DNA from: an uncultured Clostridia bacterium | GTDB lineage: Bacteria > Bacillota > Clostridia > TANB77 > CAG-508 | Length of the DNA: 64,000 nt | Direction of reading: 5' to 3' | Assembly: GCA_944389475.1 (NCBI GenBank) | Contig: CALXMM010000006.1 | Location: forward strand, 6,755-70,754 | Shown: in pieces, positions 18,390 to 27,913 of the stretch | Numbering within the stretch: position 1 is the first letter of the stretch | Layout of the letters: each line of letters starts with the position of its first letter | Translations under genes and position numbers: made by a program | The notes under the pieces: generated by a model | What the model saw: only the letters and a program-made list of their open reading frames with translations | Told to the model about the DNA's origin: nothing | The model's database searches: none

Positions 18390-18418
18390 ATTATAGCACA
18401 GTTTTCCATTTTCTTCAA
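18390..18418 (-). promoter_or_regulatory. Sigma-A promoter of cassette B
   Basis: TTGAAG-17-TATAAT with extended TG. Confidence 0.75.
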
Positions 18419-18476
18419 ATTTATTTTTCAATAAAAAGTTGCTGTTGTTGAAAGAATTTGTTATACTTTATGTATT

Positions 18477-19400
18477 ATGGAAATTAAAGAAAGATATAAT
18501 CATTTAAATACTTATTATAAAAATAAATTTGGTGAAAGGACATTAAAAATCTGCATAGATGCTGGTTTTACATGTCCTAATCGTGATGGAAGTTTAAGTT
18601 ATGAAGGCTGTATATTTTGTAGTGAAAAAGGCTCTGGTGAATTAATAAAATTCTCTAATTTAAATATAACTAAACAAGTCCAAAACTTTTTAAATAGTTA
18701 CAGAGGTAAGCGTGCAAATAAATTCATTGTATATTTTCAAAATTTTACAAACACTTATGATTCTGTCCCAAACTTAAAAGCTAAATATGATGCAGCTTTA
18801 GTTGATGATAGAATCGCTGGCTTATCTGTCGCAACAAGACCAGATTGTATTACAGAAGAAATTGCGGTTCTACTTGAATCATATTCTAAAAAATATAATG
18901 TTTCTGTTGAACTAGGCTTGCAGACTTCAAATAATAAAATTGGAAATTTAATTAATCGTTGTTATTCTAGCAATCAATTTACAAATGCTGTTAACATTTT
19001 AAGAAAACATAATATCGAAGTAATTGCTCATATGATGATTGGACTTCCTACTGAAACATTTGAAGATATTAAGAATACTGTAGAATTTATAAATGTACAT
19101 GATATTCAAGGGCTTAAAATACATTCTACATATATTGTTAAAAATACTGTTTTAGCAAATATGTATTACAAAAACAAATATATTCCAATTACTTTAGACT
19201 ATTATTTAAATAATCTAGCATATGTTATAACACATTTAAGACCGGATATAATAATTCATAGAATTTCTGGAGATGCACCTAAAGATTTGCTTGTAGCTCC
19301 AGAGTGGAATTTGCATAAAAAGTGGGTTTTAAACGGTTTCGAAAAATTATTGAAAGAGCAAGATTTGTGGCAAGGAAAATATTATAAAGAAAAAAGTTAG
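18477..19400 (+). CDS. TIGR01212-type (YhcC/YtqA-like) radical SAM protein
   Basis: DAGFTCPNRDG..GCIFC, VATRPDC, VELGLQT, HRISGDAP. Confidence 0.9.
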   Translation: MEIKERYNHLNTYYKNKFGERTLKICIDAGFTCPNRDGSLSYEGCIFCSEKGSGELIKFSNLNITKQVQNFLNSYRGKRANKFIVYFQNFTNTYDSVPNLKAKYDAALVDDRIAGLSVATRPDCITEEIAVLLESYSKKYNVSVELGLQTSNNKIGNLINRCYSSNQFTNAVNILRKHNIEVIAHMMIGLPTETFEDIKNTVEFINVHDIQGLKIHSTYIVKNTVLANMYYKNKYIPITLDYYLNNLAYVITHLRPDIIIHRISGDAPKDLLVAPEWNLHKKWVLNGFEKLLKEQDLWQGKYYKEKS

Positions 19401-19422
19401 ACATTATATATGTCTAACTTTT
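19392..19422. terminator. Bidirectional terminator overlapping both convergent stop codons
   Basis: AAAAGTTAGACA...TGTCTAACTTTT perfect inverted repeat. Confidence 0.7.
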
Positions 19423-19992
19423 AATCCTTTTTTCAATATCTTTTTCAATATTTTCAATTATTTTACAAATGATATCTTCTACATTATATTCTTTTTTTGT
19501 TTCTTTATATAATGATGTGGCAATATTGGAAATGTCATCGTGAAATACTTTTTCATTCACATTAAATCCAATTCCTATGAATATTTCTCTTACTTCATCT
19601 TTTATTGTTGTACTTTCTGTTAAAATTCCACATATTTTCTTTTTATTTAATAGTAAATCATTTGGCAATTTAATATTTAAATCGATATTATATAAATCTT
19701 TTATTGCTTTTTTTATATCCTCAGCAATTGTTCTTGTAAAACCTTCTAATTTTTCTAATTTCATATTTGGTTTTAATATTATTGTCATAGCTATATTATT
19801 TGCTTTAGTATGCCAAACTCTTCCATGAGTTCCCTTTCCAGAGGTTTGTACATCAGCTATAATAATTGTTCCATTTTCATATTTACTAATATTTCTCTTA
19901 GCTTCTGTTTGGGTTGAATCGATTGTTTCGAAATACTTTATATTTTTACCTATACATTTTGTTTTTGAATTTTGTATTTTTTGAATATCCAT
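19414..19992 (-). CDS. birA: Biotin protein ligase, catalytic domain only
   Basis: STQ, QTSGKG..GRVW, IKLPNDLLLNKKKICGILTE, GIGFNV; no N-terminal HTH. Confidence 0.88.
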   Translation of the reverse strand: MDIQKIQNSKTKCIGKNIKYFETIDSTQTEAKRNISKYENGTIIIADVQTSGKGTHGRVWHTKANNIAMTIILKPNMKLEKLEGFTRTIAEDIKKAIKDLYNIDLNIKLPNDLLLNKKKICGILTESTTIKDEVREIFIGIGFNVNEKVFHDDISNIATSLYKETKKEYNVEDIICKIIENIEKDIEKRIKS

Positions 19993-20043
19993 ATTTACCT
20001 CTATTCGTTGTTTGTTGATACTTTATCTGTCTAGATTTTAAAC

Positions 20044-20892
20044 TTACAATATTATATCCCTCTTTAATAAGCTATTTTTCACAGTTCCTGTTCCTATAAA
20101 TTTATTATCATCATATATTTTATAAAGTCCATCATTGTTTGATATTCTTAAGTTTACACCATTTAAAAATAATTTTAACTTCTTATTACTTAAGTATATA
20201 GAATCATTTTCTTTTAACAATTCTTCTAACGTTATTAAATGTTCTTGGATGCTTTCTAAATTCACATCTTCAATTTTTATTGCATTTTCAATTTTAAATT
20301 TTCCAACTTGAAGTCTATTTAAATTTCTCATATAACCTACTGTATTTAATTTTTCTGCAATATCTTCGCATAAACTTCTTATATATGTACCCTTCGAGCA
20401 AGAGACCTTTAAATTAATGCATTTATCCTCATATTTTAATAATTCAATATTGTATATTTCTATCTTTCTAGGCTCTATTTCTACTTTCTCACCTGCTCTT
20501 GCATATTCGTATAATTTTTTACCATTTTTCTTTATAGCTGAATACATTGGTGGAATTTGTTCTTGCTTTCCAATAAAACTTTTTAATACTTTTTGTAAAT
20601 TTGCATTTATATATTCTTCATCAACATTTTTTTCTTCTATTATTCTACCTTCAGCATCTGCTGTATCAGTTTTTTTGCCTAGTTCTAGTTCTACCTCATA
20701 TACTTTGTCATGCTCTATTAGGTATTTAGAAAACTTAGTTCCTTTTCCAATTAAAATTGGTAATACTCCTGTTGCTAAAGGGTCTAAAGTCCCCGTGTGG
20801 CCCACTTTTTCACCAGTTATTTTTCTTATTTTAGCAACCACATCATGTGATGTCCATTTTTTTTCTTTATTTATTATTAATATGCCATTCAT
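20044..20892 (-). CDS. truB: tRNA pseudouridine(55) synthase
   Basis: GHTGTLDPLATG, PPMYSA, SKGTYIRSL. Confidence 0.97.
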   Translation of the reverse strand: MNGILIINKEKKWTSHDVVAKIRKITGEKVGHTGTLDPLATGVLPILIGKGTKFSKYLIEHDKVYEVELELGKKTDTADAEGRIIEEKNVDEEYINANLQKVLKSFIGKQEQIPPMYSAIKKNGKKLYEYARAGEKVEIEPRKIEIYNIELLKYEDKCINLKVSCSKGTYIRSLCEDIAEKLNTVGYMRNLNRLQVGKFKIENAIKIEDVNLESIQEHLITLEELLKENDSIYLSNKKLKLFLNGVNLRISNNDGLYKIYDDNKFIGTGTVKNSLLKRDIIL

Positions 20893-20895
20893 ATT

Positions 20896-21852
20896 TTATT
20901 TTAGATTCCTTTTTATTACATTTAATAAGCTTGTTTTTATTTGTTCAGGTGTTCCTGACATTTTGCAACCTGCGGCTCTAATATGTCCTCCACCACCAAA
21001 TGTAGTTGCTACATCTGATACATTTACATAGTCATTTGAACGTAGAGATATTTTGAATGTTTTATCTTCTTTTTGATGTAAAAAGATTGCTACTTCAACT
21101 CCTTCTATATCTCTTCCAAGGTCTACTATTCTTTCATGGTCTCCTTCTTCTGCATTTACTTCTTCTTCATCTTGCTTTGTTATATATGTAAATGTTACTT
21201 TACCATCTTCTAAAAATTCCATTCTATTCATTGCTAATTTTGATAATTCAAAATTAGCTTTTGTTCTTATTTGAAATGCTTTTTTATATATGTCTGAAAC
21301 ATTTATACCGCTCTGTAATAACCAAGCAACAAATTGAAATGTGTCAGATGTTACTCCTTGATACTTGAATCCCCCAGTATCTGTTATAATTCCTGTTAAT
21401 AAGCATGTTCCAATTTCTTTAGTAATTTTTATATTTAAAGCTTCTAATATAATTATTAAAATTTGACAACAAGCTGGAGATGCAGGGTCAACATAATTAT
21501 AATCTCCAAACATTGAATTCTTGGTGTGATGGTCTATATTTATACTAACCTTTGCATCTTCAAAATAATTCTTCCAACCATTTAATCTATCCATGCTTCC
21601 ACAATCCAATGAGATTGCTAAATCATATTTTTCTTTTTTTCCTTCTTCCAAAATATCTTCTGAACCTGGTAAAAACTTGAATATTCTATTATACTTTGGA
21701 ATTATTACATCCGGATTTTTTCCCATTTGTTTTAAAGAATTATACATTGCCAAAGAACTTCCAATTGCATCTCCATCTGGACTTTCATGTGTTAATATAA
21801 CTATACTTTCTGCTTTTTTTACTTCTTCTACTATACTCTCTAAAGTTGTCAT
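20896..21852 (-). CDS. nrnA: DHH/DHHA1 phosphoesterase (nanoRNase / pAp phosphatase)
   Basis: HESPDGDAIGS, IDHH, TDTGGF, GGGGHIRAAG. Confidence 0.92.
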   Translation of the reverse strand: MTTLESIVEEVKKAESIVILTHESPDGDAIGSSLAMYNSLKQMGKNPDVIIPKYNRIFKFLPGSEDILEEGKKEKYDLAISLDCGSMDRLNGWKNYFEDAKVSINIDHHTKNSMFGDYNYVDPASPACCQILIIILEALNIKITKEIGTCLLTGIITDTGGFKYQGVTSDTFQFVAWLLQSGINVSDIYKKAFQIRTKANFELSKLAMNRMEFLEDGKVTFTYITKQDEEEVNAEEGDHERIVDLGRDIEGVEVAIFLHQKEDKTFKISLRSNDYVNVSDVATTFGGGGHIRAAGCKMSGTPEQIKTSLLNVIKRNLK

Positions 21853-21854
21853 AC

Positions 21855-22232
21855 TTATTCTCCTTTATTTTCTGGTTTAATATCTTTCATAACTTCTTTT
21901 AAAATAGTATCTATTTTAGCTCCATACTCTATTGAGTCATCAAAAATAAATATTATTTCCGGTGTTAAACGTAAATTCATTCTTTTTGCTAACTCAGTTC
22001 TAACAAATCCTGATGATTTTTTTAATGTTGCTAAAACCTGTTTATTATCTTTTGCATTTATCATGCTTACATAAACCTTAGCATATTTTAAATCCCCACT
22101 AACTTTTACTTTTGTTACGCTAATTAAACCTGTTATATTAGGGTCTTTTAAGTCATAAGTAATAATATGACTTATTTCCTTTTTCATCTCTTCATCAATT
22201 CTATTTAATCTATTTGAGTTTTTGCTAGGCAT
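21855..22232 (-). CDS. rbfA: Ribosome-binding factor A
   Basis: R..EEMKKEIS..VTKVKVSGDLKYAKVY..PEIIF..DDSI; start moved to ATG 22232 for RBS spacing. Confidence 0.95.
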   Translation of the reverse strand: MPSKNSNRLNRIDEEMKKEISHIITYDLKDPNITGLISVTKVKVSGDLKYAKVYVSMINAKDNKQVLATLKKSSGFVRTELAKRMNLRLTPEIIFIFDDSIEYGAKIDTILKEVMKDIKPENKGE

Positions 22233-22351
22233 ATCCATACCTCCTCGCCAAAAAAATTCTTTAATATTAGCAAAACTTTCTCCTACAAGAGGAAAAAGTT
22301 TTAGCTAATTAAAATTATTCAACCTAAATATTTTAAAGCCTTCGATATAGA

Positions 22352-25246
22352 TTATCTCTTAACTTCTTCCATTACAAAAGCTTCAATAATATCTCCTTCT
22401 TTTATATCATTATAATTTTCTATTTGTAAACCACATTCAAAACCTTTATTAACTTCTTTAACATCATCTTTAAATCTCTTTAATGAAGTTAATTTTCCTT
22501 CATGTATAACTACTTCTTCACGAATTACACGAACTCCAGCATTTCTTTCTATTTTTCCAGTTAAAACAAATGCTCCACCAATTGTTCCAACACTTGAAAT
22601 TCTAAAGATTTGTCTTATTTCTGCTGTTCCTATTACTCTTTCTACATATTTTGGATCTAACATACCCTTCATTGCTGTTTCTACATCTTCAATTGCTTGA
22701 TAAATTACTGAATATTGTTTTATTTCTACTTTATCTTTTTCAGCTTCAACTTTTGCTGTTGCAACTGGTCTTACGTTAAATGCAATTATAATAGCATTAG
22801 ATACATTTGCTAGAGTAACATCTGATTCGGTAACTGCTCCTACAGCTGAATGTATTACAGAAACTTTAACTTCATCATTAGATAGCTTTTCTAGAGATTG
22901 TTTTAAAGCTTCTACTGTTCCTTGAACATCTGCTTTTATAATTAAATTTAATTGTTTTAATTTTCCTTCTTCCATCTGGCTAAATAAATTATCCAATGTA
23001 ACTTTGTTTACTTGATTTATAGATTTTTCTCTTTGTTGTCTCTTTCTTCTTTCTATTAAATGTTTAGCCATTTTTTCATCTTTAACTTCATAGAATGTAT
23101 CTCCAGCTATTGGAACCTCTGTTAATCCCATAACTTCTACTGGTGTAGAAGGACCTGCTTTCTTAACTTTTTGTCCTTTATAATTTCTCATAGCTCTAAT
23201 TCTTCCAATAGAAGAACCTACAACAATTGTATCTCCTACATCCAAGGTTCCTCTTTGTACCAATAATGATGCGATTGGTCCTTTTGATGTATCTAGTCTA
23301 GCCTCTATAACTGCTCCTTTAGCTTGTTTATTAGGGTTTGCTTTTAAATCCAACATATCTGCTTCCAATAATACCATTTCTAGTAATTGGTCTATATTTT
23401 CATGTGTTTTTGCTGATATTGGAACAAATATTGTGTCTCCACCCCATTCTTCTGGAACCAAATTATATTTCATCAATTCTTCTTTTACCTTTTCTACATT
23501 TGCCCCAGGTAAATCTATTTTATTAATAGCTACAATTATAGGAATATTAGCTGCTTTCGCATGATTTATAGCTTCTACAGTTTGTGGCATAACACCATCA
23601 TTTGCTGCAACAACCAATATTGCTATATCTGTAATTTGAGCACCTCTAGCACGCATACTTGTAAAAGCTTCATGTCCTGGTGTGTCTAGGAATGTAATAT
23701 CCCTTCCTTTAACATTTACTTGGTATGCACCTATATGTTGAGTAATTCCTCCAGCTTCACCTTCTATTACATTAGTAGAACGTATTGCATCAAGTAGTGA
23801 TGTTTTACCATGGTCTACGTGACCCATTACAACTATAACTGGTGCTCTTGGTACTAAATCTTCTGGCTTATCTTCTGAGTCATCAAACAATATATCTTCT
23901 TCTTTTACAACATTTTTCTTTTTAGCTGTTACTCCAAACTCTTGTGCAACTAAATAAGCGGTATCAAAATCTATATCATTATTTATTGTTGCCATAATTC
24001 CGTAACTTAGTAATTTTTTTATTACTTCACTACTAGTTTTCTTTAATTCTGCTGCTAAATCTTTTACAGAAATTGTTTCAGGAATAGTAATTTCTGTAAG
24101 TTTAAATATTTTTTGTTTTGATTCTGTTGTTTTTTGATTTTTAGCATTTTTCTTTTTAGCTTTCTTACCTCTTCTTGTTGATAAATCATAATAATCCAAC
24201 ATTCCACCATCTTGGTCAGAAAACATAGTAGATAAACTATTAGTTTGTTTTAAATCTTGTAATTTCTTCTCATTTATATCTTCATCATTAAATCTCTTAC
24301 TAGATCTAGCAGATTTTCTTGTTTTATTTTCCTCATATCTATTATTTTTTTGCTTATCTATAGATTTATTATTATATTCTCTTACATTTTCTTTCTCTGC
24401 AACTTCTGAAGACATAATATTCTTTATGTTCTTTTCAATGGTTCTCTCATCCATTGGTCGTGAACCTCTAGAGAAGTTATTGTTTCTATAATTATTATTC
24501 TTATAATTATTATTTTTATATCCTTCTCTATTATTGTTATTTCTGAAGTTTTTGTTATCTCTTCTATTATTATTAAAATTATTATTTCTCTTTGAAGAGT
24601 CCCTTTCTTCACGTTTATTAATTGATTCAATTTGTTTTGATGTTTTGTTATTTTGTACCCCTATCATATTCTCTCTTTCACTTTTTTCAATTTTTTTATT
24701 TTCAATTTTTTGTTCTTGCTTTACTCCACTTGTTTCTTCTTTTGTTTCTGAAGGCTTAGCTTCTACTTTTTCTTCTTTTTTAGGTTCAGGCTTTTCTTTC
24801 TTTGGTTCTTCCTTTTTCTTTAGCCCAAATAATTCTTCTACTGTAAGTGGTTTGGTTTGCTTATTTCTATAAACAATATTAAAATCTTTGCTCTTATTTC
24901 TTTCTACAAATCCAAGTTGCTTTTCTCTTTCAGTTTGTCTTTTCTTCTTTTCAGCCTCTTCCTTTTTAGCCATTTCTTCATCAGAAATAATAACTTCTCT
25001 TCTTATTATTACAGGTTCATCCTTCTTGTTTGCAGAAGATTGTGAAGATTGTTTTGTAACATTTTTGTTCTTTTGGTTATTTTTGTTTGATTTAGTTAAC
25101 TCATCTTCTATTTTTTTAGCTTCCTCATCAGTTACTGCACTTAAATGACTCTTTACATCAATATTTAGCTTTTGGGCCTTTTCTAAAACTTCCTTGCTTG
25201 TAAGCCCCAATTTCTTTGCTATTTCATGTATTTTTATTTTACCCAA
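22352..25246 (-). CDS. infB: Translation initiation factor IF-2
   Basis: [20 protein letters not shown]; likely TTG start at 25246 after GGGGTGA. Confidence 0.98.
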   Translation of the reverse strand: MGKIKIHEIAKKLGLTSKEVLEKAQKLNIDVKSHLSAVTDEEAKKIEDELTKSNKNNQKNKNVTKQSSQSSANKKDEPVIIRREVIISDEEMAKKEEAEKKKRQTEREKQLGFVERNKSKDFNIVYRNKQTKPLTVEELFGLKKKEEPKKEKPEPKKEEKVEAKPSETKEETSGVKQEQKIENKKIEKSERENMIGVQNNKTSKQIESINKREERDSSKRNNNFNNNRRDNKNFRNNNNREGYKNNNYKNNNYRNNNFSRGSRPMDERTIEKNIKNIMSSEVAEKENVREYNNKSIDKQKNNRYEENKTRKSARSSKRFNDEDINEKKLQDLKQTNSLSTMFSDQDGGMLDYYDLSTRRGKKAKKKNAKNQKTTESKQKIFKLTEITIPETISVKDLAAELKKTSSEVIKKLLSYGIMATINNDIDFDTAYLVAQEFGVTAKKKNVVKEEDILFDDSEDKPEDLVPRAPVIVVMGHVDHGKTSLLDAIRSTNVIEGEAGGITQHIGAYQVNVKGRDITFLDTPGHEAFTSMRARGAQITDIAILVVAANDGVMPQTVEAINHAKAANIPIIVAINKIDLPGANVEKVKEELMKYNLVPEEWGGDTIFVPISAKTHENIDQLLEMVLLEADMLDLKANPNKQAKGAVIEARLDTSKGPIASLLVQRGTLDVGDTIVVGSSIGRIRAMRNYKGQKVKKAGPSTPVEVMGLTEVPIAGDTFYEVKDEKMAKHLIERRKRQQREKSINQVNKVTLDNLFSQMEEGKLKQLNLIIKADVQGTVEALKQSLEKLSNDEVKVSVIHSAVGAVTESDVTLANVSNAIIIAFNVRPVATAKVEAEKDKVEIKQYSVIYQAIEDVETAMKGMLDPKYVERVIGTAEIRQIFRISSVGTIGGAFVLTGKIERNAGVRVIREEVVIHEGKLTSLKRFKDDVKEVNKGFECGLQIENYNDIKEGDIIEAFVMEEVKR

Positions 25247-25556
25247 TAGCTTCACCCCCACTAATTAATTTCTGTATTCCTTTTACTATATTAATATCTT
25301 TTATTCCTATTATAGCTTTATTTTCTTGACCAATGGCTTTACTCAATTCTTTTATTGTTCCTATAAAAATAATTGGAATATTATATTTTTCGGCATAAAA
25401 TTTATAATTCTTCTTGGTTTTATCCGATGCATCTTCAGATAATACTAGCATTTTTATTTTATTCATCTTTAATGCATTTTTGCAAGCATTACTTCCAAAA
25501 ACTATATTTCCAGCTCTAGCTGCTAAACCAAGTAAATTTAAAATTTTATTTTTCAC
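25239..25556 (-). CDS. ylxQ: L7Ae/L30e-like ribosomal protein (YlxQ)
   Basis: [21 protein letters not shown]; conserved position before infB. Confidence 0.9.
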   Translation of the reverse strand: MKNKILNLLGLAARAGNIVFGSNACKNALKMNKIKMLVLSEDASDKTKKNYKFYAEKYNIPIIFIGTIKELSKAIGQENKAIIGIKDINIVKGIQKLISGGEAIG

Positions 25557-25806
25557 TAATTACACCTCTTAATTCATTGTAAACATCTTCGCTTATGCTC
25601 ATCTCGAAAGTTCTTTCTAAAGCCTTTGTTTTTATGGCCTTTTCTAAACATTGAATATTATCACATATATAAGCTCCTCTACCATTTGCTTTTCCTGTCC
25701 TATCCAATGTAATAATTCCTTCTTTATTTTTTACTATTCTAATTAAATCTTTTTTGTCTTTTTTCTCTCTACAACCAATGCAAGTTCTTTGTGGTATTTT
25801 TTTCAT
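25546..25806 (-). CDS. ylxR: YlxR (RnpM) RNA-binding protein
   Basis: PQRTCIGCR..LIRIV..GRGAYIC. Confidence 0.95.
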   Translation of the reverse strand: MKKIPQRTCIGCREKKDKKDLIRIVKNKEGIITLDRTGKANGRGAYICDNIQCLEKAIKTKALERTFEMSISEDVYNELRGVISEK

Positions 25807-25852
25807 TTTAACACTTCCTTATTATTATACTTGCTCATAGCTTTTTATATGT

Positions 25853-26980
25853 TTACTCTTCTTCGGAATTGTCTTCTTTCTTTTCTTCCATTTCAGCTTG
25901 TTTTTCCATTAATATATTTCTAAATTGTGTTTCTGATTTAATATCTATTCTCCAATCTGAAAGTCCAGTTAATTTAGCTGCAAGTCTTGCATTTTGTCCT
26001 GATTTACCTATTGCTAATGATAATTGGTCATCTGGCACAATTACTTGTGCAACTCTATTTTCTTCATCAATATCAACAGCCATAACCTGTGCTGGTAATA
26101 ATGCAGAAGAAATATATGTTGATAAATCTGCATTCCATTCTATAACATCTATTTTTTCACCATTTAATTCATTTATAATATTTTGAATTCTAACACCCTT
26201 TTGACCAACGCAAGAACCAACTGGGTCTATATTTTCGTTAGGTGAATAAACAGCTACTTTACTTCTACTACCTGGATCTCTAGATACACCTTTTATTTCT
26301 ATTACACCTTCATAAATTTCTGGTATTTCGAATTCAAATAATTTCTTAACAAATTCTGGACAAGCTCTAGAAATTATAACTTGTGGAACTCCTTTTGCTC
26401 CTTTTTTTACATCTAATATGTATCCTTTAATTTTATCATTTACATGATATTTCTCTGTAGGAATTTGTTCTTTAGCTGGCATAATACCTTCTACTTTACC
26501 CAAGTCCATAACAACAATGCTTGGATCTGCTTTTTGTATTATTCCAGAAACTATTTCCCCTTTTCTTTCATTATACTCATTAAATATAATTTCTCTTTCT
26601 GCTTCTCTTAATTTTTGAATAATTACTTGTTTTGCTGTTTGTGCTGCAATTCTTCCAAAATTCTTTGGCACAAGTTCTACATCTACTGTATCGCCAATTT
26701 TTGCTTCTTTATTAATTTTTCTAGCATCTGCTAAACTAATTTGAAGTATTGGATTTTCTGCATGTTCAACAACTTCTTTTACGGAATATAAATGTGATGC
26801 ACCTGTTTCTCTGTCTACTACTACTTTAACATTTTCTTGTGAATTATAATTTCTTTTATATGCTGTTAATAATGCCTGTTCTATGGAATCTAATAAATAA
26901 TCCTTCTTAATTCCTTTTTCCTTTTCTAATTCTTGTATTGCAACTATTAATTGTTTATTATCTATACCTTCTTCTTTCAT
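25853..26980 (-). CDS. nusA: Transcription termination factor NusA
   Basis: FGRIAAQTAKQ, RDPGSRSKVAV, LSLAIGKSGQNARLA. Confidence 0.98.
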   Translation of the reverse strand: MKEEGIDNKQLIVAIQELEKEKGIKKDYLLDSIEQALLTAYKRNYNSQENVKVVVDRETGASHLYSVKEVVEHAENPILQISLADARKINKEAKIGDTVDVELVPKNFGRIAAQTAKQVIIQKLREAEREIIFNEYNERKGEIVSGIIQKADPSIVVMDLGKVEGIMPAKEQIPTEKYHVNDKIKGYILDVKKGAKGVPQVIISRACPEFVKKLFEFEIPEIYEGVIEIKGVSRDPGSRSKVAVYSPNENIDPVGSCVGQKGVRIQNIINELNGEKIDVIEWNADLSTYISSALLPAQVMAVDIDEENRVAQVIVPDDQLSLAIGKSGQNARLAAKLTGLSDWRIDIKSETQFRNILMEKQAEMEEKKEDNSEEE

Positions 26981-27045
26981 TATTTACACTCCTTTTTACC
27001 ATTTTTGAATAATGCTTTTTATTTAAATAAATTGTAAACACTATC

Positions 27046-27489
27046 CTACCAATTATATTTTATTTTAATTAATGAAATATCTTTTCTAGGTAATTCCACA
27101 TCATCTATATTAATGTTTTCTTCATTAAAACCTTTTAGTAAACCTGTTACTGTTTTTTGACCATTAAATGGTTTGAATAGTTTAACTTCAACTTCTTTTC
27201 CAATATTTTCTTGGATTTGCCAATCCTTTCTTAATACTCTCTCTATTCCAGGTGAAGATACTTCTAAAAAATATTGGTCCTTTATATAATCTTTTTCATC
27301 TAATAATTCTGTAATAGCATTATTTACTTTTTCGCAATCTTCTAAACTTATTCCTTTTTCGTTATCTATAAAAATTCTTAGATAGTAGTCCTTAGCCTCC
27401 TTTTCATAAATTACATCATAAAGCTTATATCCAAGACTTTTTACTATTGGTTCTATTAATTCTTCTACTTTTGTTTCAACCTTAGACAA
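27046..27489 (-). CDS. rimP: Ribosome maturation factor RimP (TTG start)
   Basis: LRIFID..LEDCE..LEVSSPGIERVL; RBS GGAGGT. Confidence 0.97.
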   Translation of the reverse strand: MSKVETKVEELIEPIVKSLGYKLYDVIYEKEAKDYYLRIFIDNEKGISLEDCEKVNNAITELLDEKDYIKDQYFLEVSSPGIERVLRKDWQIQENIGKEVEVKLFKPFNGQKTVTGLLKGFNEENINIDDVELPRKDISLIKIKYNW

Positions 27490-27511
27490 AAAATTTACCT
27501 CCCTTTACACT

Positions 27512-27544
27512 CATAAGGAGTGGGATTTGTTCCCACTCCTTATG
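27512..27544 (-). ncRNA. rimP leader hairpin
   Basis: CATAAGGAGTGGGA...TCCCACTCCTTATG 14-bp stem with a GGG..CCC core, between the promoter and rimP, as in the described rimP-leader motif. Confidence 0.75.
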
Positions 27545-27566
27545 TAATGTATTTTGCTATATTCGT

Positions 27567-27595
27567 ATTATATAACATATATTTCCAAAAATCAA
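27567..27595 (-). promoter_or_regulatory. Sigma-A promoter of the rimP-nusA-infB operon
   Basis: TTGATT-17-TATAAT. Confidence 0.7.
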
Positions 27596-27632
27596 GCATT
27601 TCATGATTTTTTTAGCGGATTATCAAAAAAAA

Positions 27633-27668
27633 ATCCTCATTAGGCACTTATGTATCTAATGAGGATTT
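27633..27668 (-). terminator. Intrinsic terminator downstream of addA
   Basis: AATCCTCATTAG...CTAATGAGGATT stem followed by poly-T on the minus strand. Confidence 0.8.
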
Positions 27669-27679
27669 GCGAGTACACT

Positions 27680-27890
27680 TGCACTACGCAATTGGAGTTT
27701 TTTTAGATGACAGCAGCTTATTGCAACCTAATGGTGCTTATTCTTGTTTCCATTAGTAATTATGGTAAATACTATTAAAATTGCCATCATAATAACAGTT
27801 ATGCCAATCACACCTAATCGGTTAGATTCTGGATAGGACAAAACATATACTTGATAGTACTATATTTCCATCCAATTGGCTGTGCACATT
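27680..27890 (-). ncRNA. Candidate structured RNA of about 210 nt, possibly encoding a small membrane peptide (27728..27811)
   Basis: Ends pair (TGCAC..CAATTGGA with TCCAATTG..GTGCA), internal stems are present, and GC is higher than in neighbouring spacers; family not recognised. Confidence 0.35.
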
Positions 27891-27913
27891 GCAAAAGTCT
27901 TTAAATCAACTTT

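Noticed and set aside
17050-18418. Cassettes as IS/MITE, integron cassettes or a DGR
   Set aside because: The promoter and terminator lie outside the inverted repeats yet are duplicated too. There is no transposase, target-site duplication, attC core, reverse transcriptase or adenine-specific template/variable repeat pair in the window.
24420-24620. Asn/Arg-rich repeats in infB
   Set aside because: Ordinary low-complexity N-terminal region of IF-2.
27680-27890. tmRNA, RNase P RNA or SRP RNA
   Set aside because: No GGGG..CCACCA ends, no GAGGAAAGUCC and no SRP domain IV GGAA loop; 6S cannot be excluded without a covariance search.
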